Assembly: GCA_945482995.1 (NCBI GenBank)
Contig: CALYRM010000005.1
Location: forward strand, 1-51,733
Source of the DNA: an uncultured Clostridia bacterium
GTDB taxonomy: Bacteria; Bacillota; Clostridia; Christensenellales; CAG-1252
Direction of reading: 5' to 3'
Length of the DNA: 51,733 nucleotides
Numbering within the stretch: the stretch's first letter is position 1; every line of letters begins with the position of its first letter. The translations under genes were made by a program, and so were the position numbers. Under the pieces are notes generated by a model. That model was not told where the DNA came from and did no database searches. It worked only from the letters and a program-made list of their open reading frames with translations. Shown piece by piece: positions 1 through 8,262 of the stretch.

Positions 1-1
1 T

Positions 2-197
2 TCTCATAAAAAAGAATGTAAAAAACATCTATTGCAAGACGGTTTGGACTTAAATTCTATAAACGCAAATAAAAAAGGATATCAAAATCAATAGTATCGT
101 CGAAAATTTCTTGGGGATAATTAGATATTGGATGGATAGGGATTTCAAGCAATCGCCCGACCAACTGACGGAATATTTTATCACTATCAATTCGTAG
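2..197 (+). pseudogene. 3' end of a probable TetR/AcrR-family regulator, apparently frameshifted at an A6 run (71-76); truncated by the window edge
   Basis: Frame 2 is open 2-94 (SHKKECKKHLLQDGLDLNSINAN). Frame 3 is open 63-197 (KKDIKINSIVENFLGIIRYWMDRDFKQSPDQLTEYF*), resembling TetR C-terminal domains. Removing one A from 71-76 joins the two frames. Confidence 0.35.
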
Positions 198-237
198 CGA
201 TAATTTTTCGCAACACGTACCCAGTTATTAAACAATT

Positions 238-265
238 TACCCGCAAAGCGTTAGCCTTGCGGGTA
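238..265. terminator. Hairpin between convergent genes, possible bidirectional terminator
   Basis: TACCCGCAA-N10-TTGCGGGTA inverted repeat just downstream of the hypA stop. Confidence 0.55.
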
Positions 266-287
266 TTGAGATTATTGGTCTAAGACT

Positions 288-638
288 TCAATTGTCCACT
301 ACTTCTATTTGTTTGATTGCTATTTCGTTGCCCGTCAAAAGATAGGTTTTTTCACTGCCACAATAAGGGCATATTTTGCCGTGAGCCACGGTTGGATATT
401 CCTTGTTGCAATTCTCGCAATGCGTGACGGCTTCAATCTTTTCGATATATAGTTTGGCGTCTTTGAGCACCGTTTCCTTTTTGACAGCCCAATTCCAACA
501 ATCTTCGAAATAATAAGGTATTACGGTAGACACTTCGCCTATTTCGACCGTGACGGAGTTCACCCTTTTTACGTTGTTTTCTTCGGCTATTTCATTGACC
601 TGTTTGATACAATGAAACACCACGCCCAACTCGTGCAT
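288..638 (-). CDS. hypA: Nickel metallochaperone HypA
   Basis: N-terminal MHE Ni-binding motif, two CxxC Zn motifs (CENC, CPYC), 116 aa. Confidence 0.95.
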   Translation of the reverse strand: MHELGVVFHCIKQVNEIAEENNVKRVNSVTVEIGEVSTVIPYYFEDCWNWAVKKETVLKDAKLYIEKIEAVTHCENCNKEYPTVAHGKICPYCGSEKTYLLTGNEIAIKQIEVVDN

Positions 639-3511
639 TAGTCCTTATTCTCCTTTTTCTTCTTAAATTCTTCTTTTCTCTTTTTGACGAATTCTTTGTC
701 GGCATCGTCCTTCTTAGAGAAGAGAATCTTAACTGCACGCTTACCGGCATACGGCAAAATGCTCTTAAACTTATCTTCGGCAACCACCATCTTCGAAGCC
801 TCAGGGTGATCGCGGTGGAGCGCAATTGCGTCAAACTTACACTTGGTAGTGCAGATACCGCAACCGATACATCTGTTTACGTCTACAACGGTTACGCCAC
901 AGCCCAAGCATCTCGACGTTTCCGTCTTGACTTGTTCTTCGGTGAGCGTCTTGTGCGCGTCTTTGAAGGACTTAGCGTCGATGCTTTCGTCCATACCCGC
1001 TTCTTGACGAGAAGAATTGTCATAGCTCTCTACCTTGATATCGTCGGTGTCAATTTGTATAAACTGTCTTCTATTTCTACCAATCGTCATATGACCGTGT
1101 TGCACGTAACGGTGCAAAGACTCAGCAGCCTCGTGTCCTTGTGCAATGGCGTCGATGGCAAACTTAGGTCCCGTAAATACGTCACCGCCTACGAAGATAT
1201 CCTCCTCAGCCGTTTGATAGGTCAAGGTGTCCGCTACAGGTCCGTTGCCTCTACCAAATTCAACCTTGCTGCCTTTGAGCAAATCGCCCCATACGATAGT
1301 TTGACCTACGGCAAAGATAACGTTGTCGCAAGCAACTGTTTGAGTTTCGTTCTCATCGTATACAGGATTAAATCTATTATTTTCATCAAATACAGATAGG
1401 CACTTTTTGAATACCACGGCTACTGCCTTGCCGTTTTCAACGACGACTTCTTTTGGTCCCCAACCGCAGTTGATGGCAACGCCGTCCTCTTGCGCCTCTT
1501 GGATTTCCTCGTTGGAAGCAGGCATAATGTCGCGAGTTTCCAAACAATACATAGCCACTTCTTTTGCTCCCGAACGGACGGATACTCTAGCTGCGTCGAT
1601 AGCAACGTTACCGCCACCAACGACTATCGTCTTGCCCTCCACGGCATAGCCACCGCAATTGGCAACTTTGAGGAAGTCAACGGCAGTTGTTACGCCCTCG
1701 GCGTCATTACCGACAACGTTAGGTTTTTTGCCTCCTTGACAACCAATAGCCACGTAGAACGCTTTGTACCCCTCGGCTCTCAATTGGTCAATAGTGATAT
1801 CCTTGCCCACTTCTACACCGCATTTTATCTCCACGCCCATCTCTCTCATAATATCTATTTCGGCGTCGATTACGTCCTTTTCGAGTTTATAAGAAGGGAT
1901 ACCGTAGGTAAGCATACCACCCGGCTTTTCGTTCTTTTCAAATACTGTTGGATAATATCCCATTTGCGCTAGATAATACGCGCACGACAGTCCGGCAGGT
2001 CCACCACCGATGATAGCGATCTTTTCTTTCCAACGTCCCATATTGGATGCCACTACGATATCGGGCACGTATCTATGCTCGGCGTGCAAATCTTGCTCGG
2101 CAATAAATTTCTTGACTGCGTCAATCGACACTGCTCTATCTATCGTACCACGAGTACAAGCGTCCTCACAGCGACGATTGCATATTCTTCCGCACACTGC
2201 AGGGAACGGATTTTCCTTTTTGATGATAGCTAGCGCCTCTTTGTAGTTGCCTTGCGAAGCCTTTTTGAGATAGCCTTGTACTGCAATATGCGCAGGACAA
2301 GCCGTCTTACAAGGGGAAGTACCCGTATCGTGACAGTTGATTCTATTTTTGTCGCGATAGTCCTCGTCCCACATATGTTTGCCCCACTTGAAAGTGTCAG
2401 GGAGAGGTTGTTTTGGATAAGTAACTTCACTGCCGTCGGACTTACACAGCTTTTGTCCGAGTTTCAATGCTCCGGCAGGGCAATATTCTACGCACGCACC
2501 GCATGCCACACACTTTTGTTTGTCAACGTGCGCGCGATATGCCGATGCGGACATGTTAGGCGTGTTGAAAAGTTGCGACGTACGCAACGCATTACAAATC
2601 TTGACGTTGCAATTGCAAATTGCAAAAATCTTGTTTTCACCGTCAATGTTGGTGACTTGGTGCACGAAACCGTTGTCCTCTGCCCTCTTCAATATCTCCA
2701 TTGCCTCGTCGTAAGTGATATCGTGACCTCTGCCCGTCTCACGACAGTAGTCAGCCATATCTCCAACGCCGATACACCAATCTTGATAATCATCTGCACA
2801 ACCTTCGTCGAGCTTTTTTCTACCGTAACGGCAAGAACAAATCGACGCGCCGAGGTGTCCTTCGTATTTTTTCAGCCAATAGGATATATGTTCTATATCC
2901 ATAGTGGTGTTTTCCATAGAGATTGCCTTCTCGACAGGAATGACGTGCATGCCTATTCCGCCACCTCCCGGTGGAACCATTGCAGTAACGTGCTCAAGTG
3001 GCAAAAATGTCATACGCTCAAAGAACATCGCAAGTTCAGGGTGTTTGTCCATGAGTTTGGTGTTCATGTTGGTATATTCGGCAGAACCCGGAACGAAGAG
3101 AGGTACCCAATAGTGTCTATCTTCTCGATTGTATGTAGTGCCGGGGATAGGTCCGTCCTTAGTGTACTTGTCACCGTAATCATATTCTAGCATACCAAAA
3201 AATGATAGTTTGTCCACGATTTCGTCAAAAGTCTTGTCATCGTATCCCGCCATTTCTTTCAATTGGGCATAAGGGTACTTTACTCTAGTCTTCATTTTGA
3301 GTAGTAGGTCTAGAGAGTTGTCGCGCTCTTGCTCACTCATTTCGTCTTCAAAAATGCACGCAAAGCCCCAATACTCAGGGTCTTGAGCCGTAATTCCCTT
3401 TACTTTTCCTGGTAATCTGTCAGTAACCCTTCTCACGAACTTCAAAAGCTTTGGATTTGGGTCTTTGTCAAACATGTGCGCCGGTACGTACTTACTACTT
3501 ATCTCAGGCAT
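638..3511 (-). CDS. Large Fe-S flavoprotein: Cys-rich N-terminal domain, ferredoxin motifs, GltD/DPD-like FAD/NAD(P) oxidoreductase module, C-terminal ferredoxin
   Basis: CSCR and ICNCxxxxC in the N-terminus; CVACGACVEYCP; PCKTACP/CGRICNRRCEDAC (GltD-type Fe-S); IIGGGPAG and VGGGNVAID Rossmann motifs; CIGCGICTTKC. Confidence 0.85.
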   Translation of the reverse strand: MPEISSKYVPAHMFDKDPNPKLLKFVRRVTDRLPGKVKGITAQDPEYWGFACIFEDEMSEQERDNSLDLLLKMKTRVKYPYAQLKEMAGYDDKTFDEIVDKLSFFGMLEYDYGDKYTKDGPIPGTTYNREDRHYWVPLFVPGSAEYTNMNTKLMDKHPELAMFFERMTFLPLEHVTAMVPPGGGGIGMHVIPVEKAISMENTTMDIEHISYWLKKYEGHLGASICSCRYGRKKLDEGCADDYQDWCIGVGDMADYCRETGRGHDITYDEAMEILKRAEDNGFVHQVTNIDGENKIFAICNCNVKICNALRTSQLFNTPNMSASAYRAHVDKQKCVACGACVEYCPAGALKLGQKLCKSDGSEVTYPKQPLPDTFKWGKHMWDEDYRDKNRINCHDTGTSPCKTACPAHIAVQGYLKKASQGNYKEALAIIKKENPFPAVCGRICNRRCEDACTRGTIDRAVSIDAVKKFIAEQDLHAEHRYVPDIVVASNMGRWKEKIAIIGGGPAGLSCAYYLAQMGYYPTVFEKNEKPGGMLTYGIPSYKLEKDVIDAEIDIMREMGVEIKCGVEVGKDITIDQLRAEGYKAFYVAIGCQGGKKPNVVGNDAEGVTTAVDFLKVANCGGYAVEGKTIVVGGGNVAIDAARVSVRSGAKEVAMYCLETRDIMPASNEEIQEAQEDGVAINCGWGPKEVVVENGKAVAVVFKKCLSVFDENNRFNPVYDENETQTVACDNVIFAVGQTIVWGDLLKGSKVEFGRGNGPVADTLTYQTAEEDIFVGGDVFTGPKFAIDAIAQGHEAAESLHRYVQHGHMTIGRNRRQFIQIDTDDIKVESYDNSSRQEAGMDESIDAKSFKDAHKTLTEEQVKTETSRCLGCGVTVVDVNRCIGCGICTTKCKFDAIALHRDHPEASKMVVAEDKFKSILPYAGKRAVKILFSKKDDADKEFVKKRKEEFKKKKENKD

Positions 3512-4187
3512 TCTCGTTATTCCTCCATTTTGCTATATTCTTTATTATCCAGTCGGCAAACTTGTCGACTCCTTCGCCCGTCTTGGCACAGATTGGTATT
3601 ATCTCTGCGTTCGGGTTTCTCATTTTTATATATTGACTGCACTTGTCAAGGTCAAAATCAAAATATGGCGCGACGTCCATTTTGTTGATAAGCACTAGGT
3701 CGCATATCGAAAACATCAACGGATATTTTAGCGGTTTGTCGTGTCCTTCCGGTACCGACAAAATCATACAGTTCTTGCTTGCACCCGTATCGAACTCGGC
3801 AGGACATACAAGGTTGCCCACGTTTTCCAAAATAGCCAAATCTACGTCGTTTAGGTCAAGCCCTCTCAAGCCTTGACGCGTCATCTCTGCGTCCAAATGG
3901 CACATTCCGCCCGTATGCAGCTGTATCGATTGAACCCCGGTCGCTTCCTTTATCTTAATGGCGTCCACGTCCGAATCAATGTCGGCTTCCATGACCGCAA
4001 TTTTGATTTTGTCTTTCAAGGCGTTGATAGTACTAATCAGCGTCGTCGTCTTGCCGCTGCCCGGCGAAGACATGAGATTGAGCAAAAATACACCCTTTGT
4101 TTTGAGTTCTTCCCTCAATCTGTTAGCGTCTTTGTCGTTGTCATCGAATATACTCTTCTTAATTTCAATAATTCTTACTTCATCCAT
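3504..4187 (-). CDS. hypB: Nickel-incorporation GTPase HypB
   Basis: SSPGSGKTT P-loop, MCHL metal motif, ENVGNLVCPAEFD, NKMD; GGAG SD. Confidence 0.95.
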   Translation of the reverse strand: MDEVRIIEIKKSIFDDNDKDANRLREELKTKGVFLLNLMSSPGSGKTTTLISTINALKDKIKIAVMEADIDSDVDAIKIKEATGVQSIQLHTGGMCHLDAEMTRQGLRGLDLNDVDLAILENVGNLVCPAEFDTGASKNCMILSVPEGHDKPLKYPLMFSICDLVLINKMDVAPYFDFDLDKCSQYIKMRNPNAEIIPICAKTGEGVDKFADWIIKNIAKWRNNENA

Positions 4188-4213
4188 ACTTTATTCTCCA
4201 GACTTTTATAATA

Positions 4214-4242
4214 ATTTTAACTTAAATTGAACTTTTTGTCAA
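4214..4242 (-). promoter_or_regulatory. Sigma-A promoter of the hypB operon
   Basis: TTGACA-N17-TAAAAT on the minus strand. Confidence 0.65.
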
Positions 4243-4343
4243 TATGTTAAATTTTCTAGACGGTGTCAAAATGATTAACTTATGATAATTCTTATTTAAA
4301 AAAATATAAGCCCCTTTTTTCAATCCCGAATATAGCTCGCTGA

Positions 4344-4393
4344 CTATAATTTTAACAATTACCACAATTTTAACGATTACCCACAAATTTAAC
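4344..4393. repeat. Three degenerate ~18-bp tandem units (core CCACAATTTTAAC) bordering the tRNA-linked duplication
   Basis: ctataattttaacaatta / ccacaattttaacgatta / cccacaaatttaac; a related taccacattttaaca lies at 4651-4665. Confidence 0.55.
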
Positions 4394-4637
4394 AAAATCA
4401 AGGCGTAGCCTTGTATATCATCAATTTCGCAGAAATTGCAAATCATCAAAACGAAGTTTTGCATATCATCATTGCGAAAGTGATACAACCTACGGTTGAT
4501 GAGATGCACCTTCGGTGATGATATACACGCTAAAGCGTGATGATATACCATTGCTTTCGCAATGGATAAAAAAATACTGCAGAAAACATATCATTTTCTG
4601 CAGTATTTTTTGGTGCGGTCAGTGAGACTTGAACTCA
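4394..4637. repeat. Copy 1 of a 244-bp direct repeat (hairpin array + terminator + 27-nt tRNA-Leu 3' fragment at 4611-4637)
   Basis: Matches 4668-4911 with 4 substitutions by manual alignment; period 274 bp. Confidence 0.95.
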
Positions 4638-4646
4638 AAACGCCTT

Positions 4647-4675
4647 ATTATACCACATTTTAACATTAAAATCAA
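4647..4675 (-). promoter_or_regulatory. Sigma-A-like promoter pointing into the duplicated tRNA 3' fragment
   Basis: TTGATT-N17-TATAAT with extended -10 (TGG-TATAAT) on the minus strand. Confidence 0.55.
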
Positions 4676-4911
4676 GGCGTAGCCTTGTATATCATCAATT
4701 TCAAAGAAATTGCATATCATCAAAACGAAGTTTTGCATATCATCATTGCGAAAGTGATACAACCTACGGTTGATGAGATGCACCTTCGGTGATGATATAC
4801 ACGCTAAAGCGTGATGATATACCATTGCTTTCGCAATGGATAAAAAAATACTGCAGAAAACATATCATTTTCTGCAGTATTTTTTGGTGCGGCCAGTGAG
4901 ACTTGAACTCA
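4668..4911. repeat. Copy 2 of the 244-bp direct repeat, overlapping the tRNA-Leu 3' end
   Basis: Near-identical to 4394-4637. Confidence 0.95.
4842..4885 (-). terminator. Intrinsic terminator after tRNA-Leu (duplicated at 4568-4611)
   Basis: AAAAAATACTGCAGAAAA-catatca-TTTTCTGCAGTATTTTTT. Confidence 0.8.
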
Positions 4912-4967
4912 CACGGGTTCACCATACGCCCCTCAAACGTACGCGTCTGCCATTCCGCCATGGCCGC
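4885..4967 (-). tRNA. tRNA-Leu(GAG)
   Basis: Reverse complement GCGGCCATGGCGGAATGGCAGACGCG TACGT-TT-GAG-GG-GCGTA ... GTTCAAGTC ... GCCGCACCA; 83 nt with a long variable arm and encoded CCA. Confidence 0.95.
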
Positions 4968-4978
4968 AAAACATATAT

Positions 4979-5007
4979 ATGATAATATTTTATAATTGAT
5001 TTGTCAA
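4979..5007 (-). promoter_or_regulatory. Sigma-A promoter of tRNA-Leu
   Basis: TTGACA-N17-TATCAT. Confidence 0.7.
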
Positions 5008-5163
5008 CATTTTTTATTAATTTTTCAATTAATAAATATTGATTTATTCAATGTGCCTCATTGTAAGTGCGTATTTGCCGGTGTATAAGTCTAAGTACTC
5101 CATCGGTTTATATTACAAATAGAATTGATGCGTTAAAAATCGTTTTCAAATTGACTTAATGCC

Positions 5164-6579
5164 TTAGCATAAATCTGCCGGTTCTAAAATTAGCTCCTTT
5201 TTGCGTTTTGCAGGACGGAAACAAACAAGAGCAATAAACATTAATGTTGCTGTTATAAACAAACTAATTGGATACGCTATCATTAATATTTTAAAAGTTG
5301 GATTGTGGGCAAATATTACATAACGCCAAAAAATTCTTACGCCGCATACACCGCTAACAGTAAGAATTGCAGGTGTAAACGAAATTCCAAATCCTCTCAT
5401 ATATCCTGCTTGATTATCGTATAATAATGAGAATATATATGATATTAGTATATAAAACATACGAATATAACCTATCTCTATAACTTCAGGATCGTCATTA
5501 AATATAGATAGTATTTCTCTTCCACACGATAAAAGCAAAACCGTGCAAATACCTAAACTAATCAAAGCCTCAACTATACAAATTATAAGCGTACGCTTGC
5601 ACCTATCTATTTGTTTAGCACCGTAATTTTGACCTACAAATGTAGTGCATGCCTGGCCAAAGGAGTTCATGACGTAGAAAGCAAATATTTCGACGTTGTA
5701 AGCAACGCTTGAGCCTGCCATAATTGTCGTACCCAAAGTGTTGACAGCAGACGACATTATGATATTAGAAAATGCAAAAATTGCCGATTGCAAACCAGAC
5801 GGAACACCTATTTTAAGAATAGAAATAAAGACAGATTTATGTATTTTAAGTTTTCTTACACTAACCTTTATGTGATGTTTTGTTTTGGTTAAAATGATAA
5901 AAAGTACTATCGAACTAAATACGTTTGAAGCAACAGTTGCTATAGCAACACCTTTAACACCAAAATCAAGACCTGCTACAAAGAAGAAATTTAAGCCGAC
6001 ATTAAGCACACCCGAAACAGCTAGAATTATAAGCGGAGTTTTGGTATCCCCTACTGCTCTGAATATTGCGGATTCAAAGTTAAATAACAAAATAAAAGGT
6101 AGCGCTAGAAAGTAGATTCGTAAATAAATAAGAGAAAGCGGCATTACTGCTTCGGGAACTTTGACAAGTTTCAAAATTGGTTCTGAAATTAATTCACCGA
6201 TAACTAATGAAAAAATACCTGCAATCAATGAAAAAACAATTGATGTATGAACTGCCTTTTCAACTGTATATAAGTTTTTTTCACCGAATGCTTTTGCAAT
6301 TACCACATTAGCGCCCAACGCTGTTCCTAAAAATAAATTGACAATCAATCCGATTATAGGAGCATTAGCGCCAACTGCTGCAATAGAATAAGTAGGATTC
6401 TCGGTATAGCGACCAACGACAGCAATATCCGCAGAATTAAAAAGTTGTTGTAAAATTCCCTGTAAGGCAATAGGTAGAGCAAAAAGTAAAATTTTGTTCC
6501 ACAAGGTGCCTGATAACATATTTATTTTTCTTGATTTATTCTTTACTATAGGCTTTGGAATATTAGTCGAAGCACTCAT
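5164..6579 (-). CDS. MATE family efflux transporter
   Basis: ~12 hydrophobic segments; LQQLFNSADIAVVG, FRAVGDTKTP, GVKGVAIAT and GQNYGA MATE signatures. Confidence 0.9.
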   Translation of the reverse strand: MSASTNIPKPIVKNKSRKINMLSGTLWNKILLFALPIALQGILQQLFNSADIAVVGRYTENPTYSIAAVGANAPIIGLIVNLFLGTALGANVVIAKAFGEKNLYTVEKAVHTSIVFSLIAGIFSLVIGELISEPILKLVKVPEAVMPLSLIYLRIYFLALPFILLFNFESAIFRAVGDTKTPLIILAVSGVLNVGLNFFFVAGLDFGVKGVAIATVASNVFSSIVLFIILTKTKHHIKVSVRKLKIHKSVFISILKIGVPSGLQSAIFAFSNIIMSSAVNTLGTTIMAGSSVAYNVEIFAFYVMNSFGQACTTFVGQNYGAKQIDRCKRTLIICIVEALISLGICTVLLLSCGREILSIFNDDPEVIEIGYIRMFYILISYIFSLLYDNQAGYMRGFGISFTPAILTVSGVCGVRIFWRYVIFAHNPTFKILMIAYPISLFITATLMFIALVCFRPAKRKKELILEPADLC

Positions 6580-6638
6580 AGCATTAGTCGCAAGGACATT
6601 ATACCGCTATTATACTAAAAATTTGAGCAGTTAATCGT

Positions 6639-6989
6639 TTAATCATTATAGTTTTGTGTTGCGACAAGGTTTGCGTCCCTATCGATATTTGCTAAAATAA
6701 CGTCACCTATTACAACATTTCTATCCAAAGTTAGAGAATTGATTTTTTTCATAACTTCAAATATTTCGGATTTACGAACAGGTTTATCTGTCTTTACCGA
6801 GACCATTTTGCCCGATACCGTTTTGACGGTAGAAGTAACGACACGCAAAGGACAAATAACCTCATTCTCGGCGTACATTTTTCCACGTAAGCACGTATTT
6901 CCTTTAACGGATTTTACGGCTCCGTTCTCGACTTCAACTTCAATCAAACAGCCCATTGGACATTCTATACAAGTTAATTGTTTATTCAT
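6639..6989 (-). CDS. DUF1667-type small Cys (Zn/Fe-S) protein, third subunit of the GlpA-like cluster
   Basis: CIECPMGC...GNTCLRG; ATG at 6989 has a GGAG SD. Confidence 0.8.
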   Translation of the reverse strand: MNKQLTCIECPMGCLIEVEVENGAVKSVKGNTCLRGKMYAENEVICPLRVVTSTVKTVSGKMVSVKTDKPVRKSEIFEVMKKINSLTLDRNVVIGDVILANIDRDANLVATQNYND

Positions 6990-6991
6990 AT

Positions 6992-8242
6992 TTAACACTC
7001 CAATCTTACAACTATATCACCCTCTGCCTTGGCAATCACGTCACTTGATAAAATTACCGTTTCCATCTCACCCGGAACACAGATTAATTTTTTCTTTTCT
7101 TGTAAAACGACGCCATTAGATTCAACAACTATTTTACAGTGCTTGAATGTATTTCTCACTCTAAAGAAAAGTTTTACGTTACCGGGGATATTTTTATCAA
7201 TTTTTTGAGGTAAGACGTAACTAATATTATCGCCGTTAATGCAAGAAATAGGATTGTGTTCTTGTCTACCGTTTAGCACGTAATTAGCGGCGCAAGCACC
7301 TGCAATTTCGGACTCTTCAGAAACAAAATCTACTAAATCATGAACTTGCAAAACGTTTCCGCAAGCAAATATGCCGTCAATCATTGTTTCACGGTTTTGA
7401 TAAACTACTGCGCCACGGGTATTTCTACTTTGTTCTATTCCTGCGCCTTTTGTTAGTTCATTTTCGGGGATAAGTCCGACAGAGAATAGCACCGTGTCAC
7501 AATCAAAATGCATTTCGGTTCCCTCGATTGGTTGTTTATTCTCGTCAACTTTTGACACAACAACTCCTGTAACTCTTGAAGTACCCTCTATTTTGGTTAT
7601 TGTGTGATTAAGATATAGCGGAATATTAAAATCATTTAAGCATTGCTCGATATTACGTCTTAATCCACTCGAATAAGGCATAATTTCACAAACGGCAAGT
7701 ACTTTGGCACCCTCTAACGTCATACGCCTTGCCATAATCAAACCGATATCGCCCGAACCTAAAATTACAACACGCTTTCCGGGTAAATAACCCTTTATGT
7801 TTACATATTTTTGAGCGGTTCCAGCCGAATAAATACCTGCAGGACGCGATCCCGGGATATTTAAAGCGCCACGACTTCTCTCTCTGCAACCCATTGATAA
7901 GATAACGGCTTTGGGCGTAATAGAAAAAACGCCATATTCGGAATTAATTGCCGTAATAGTTTTATTATCTTCCAAAGAAAGCACAGTTGTATTTAGTAAA
8001 ACGTCAATATCTCTTGCTTCAACCTCTTTAATAAAGCGATATGCATATTCCGGACCTGACAAAGATTCCTTAAATCTTGTCAAACCAAAACCGTTATGTA
8101 TACATTGATTTAAAATACCGCCTAATCTAGGTTCTCTTTCTAATATTAATATGTTTTTTGCACCATTATCATAAGCGCTTACAGCCGCTGCTAAACCTGC
8201 AGGACCACCGCCGATTATAACTATATCGTAATTCTCTTTCAT
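6992..8242 (-). CDS. FAD/NAD(P)-dependent pyridine nucleotide-disulfide oxidoreductase
   Basis: IIGGGPAG, GGILNQCIHNGFG, ILGSGDIG, ACGNVLQVHD. Confidence 0.85.
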   Translation of the reverse strand: MKENYDIVIIGGGPAGLAAAVSAYDNGAKNILILEREPRLGGILNQCIHNGFGLTRFKESLSGPEYAYRFIKEVEARDIDVLLNTTVLSLEDNKTITAINSEYGVFSITPKAVILSMGCRERSRGALNIPGSRPAGIYSAGTAQKYVNIKGYLPGKRVVILGSGDIGLIMARRMTLEGAKVLAVCEIMPYSSGLRRNIEQCLNDFNIPLYLNHTITKIEGTSRVTGVVVSKVDENKQPIEGTEMHFDCDTVLFSVGLIPENELTKGAGIEQSRNTRGAVVYQNRETMIDGIFACGNVLQVHDLVDFVSEESEIAGACAANYVLNGRQEHNPISCINGDNISYVLPQKIDKNIPGNVKLFFRVRNTFKHCKIVVESNGVVLQEKKKLICVPGEMETVILSSDVIAKAEGDIVVRLEC

Positions 8243-8262
8243 AGTGAACGTACCCCTTGAAT

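Noticed and set aside
2252-3190. 312-aa plus-strand ORF and other long antisense ORFs
   Set aside because: These are shadow frames of well-supported minus-strand genes and have no recognisable motifs
638-3511. Glutamate synthase small subunit, [FeFe]-hydrogenase or HdrA call
   Set aside because: There is no gltB or hdrBC neighbour and I see no H-cluster motifs; only the GltD-like module is shared
4611-4637. Second tRNA gene
   Set aside because: Only the 3' 27 nt are present, with no D-arm or anticodon arm
4222-4961. ORFs 4222-4551, 4619-4825 and 4764-4961
   Set aside because: They are translations of the tRNA and the duplicated palindromic element, with no SD or protein-like features
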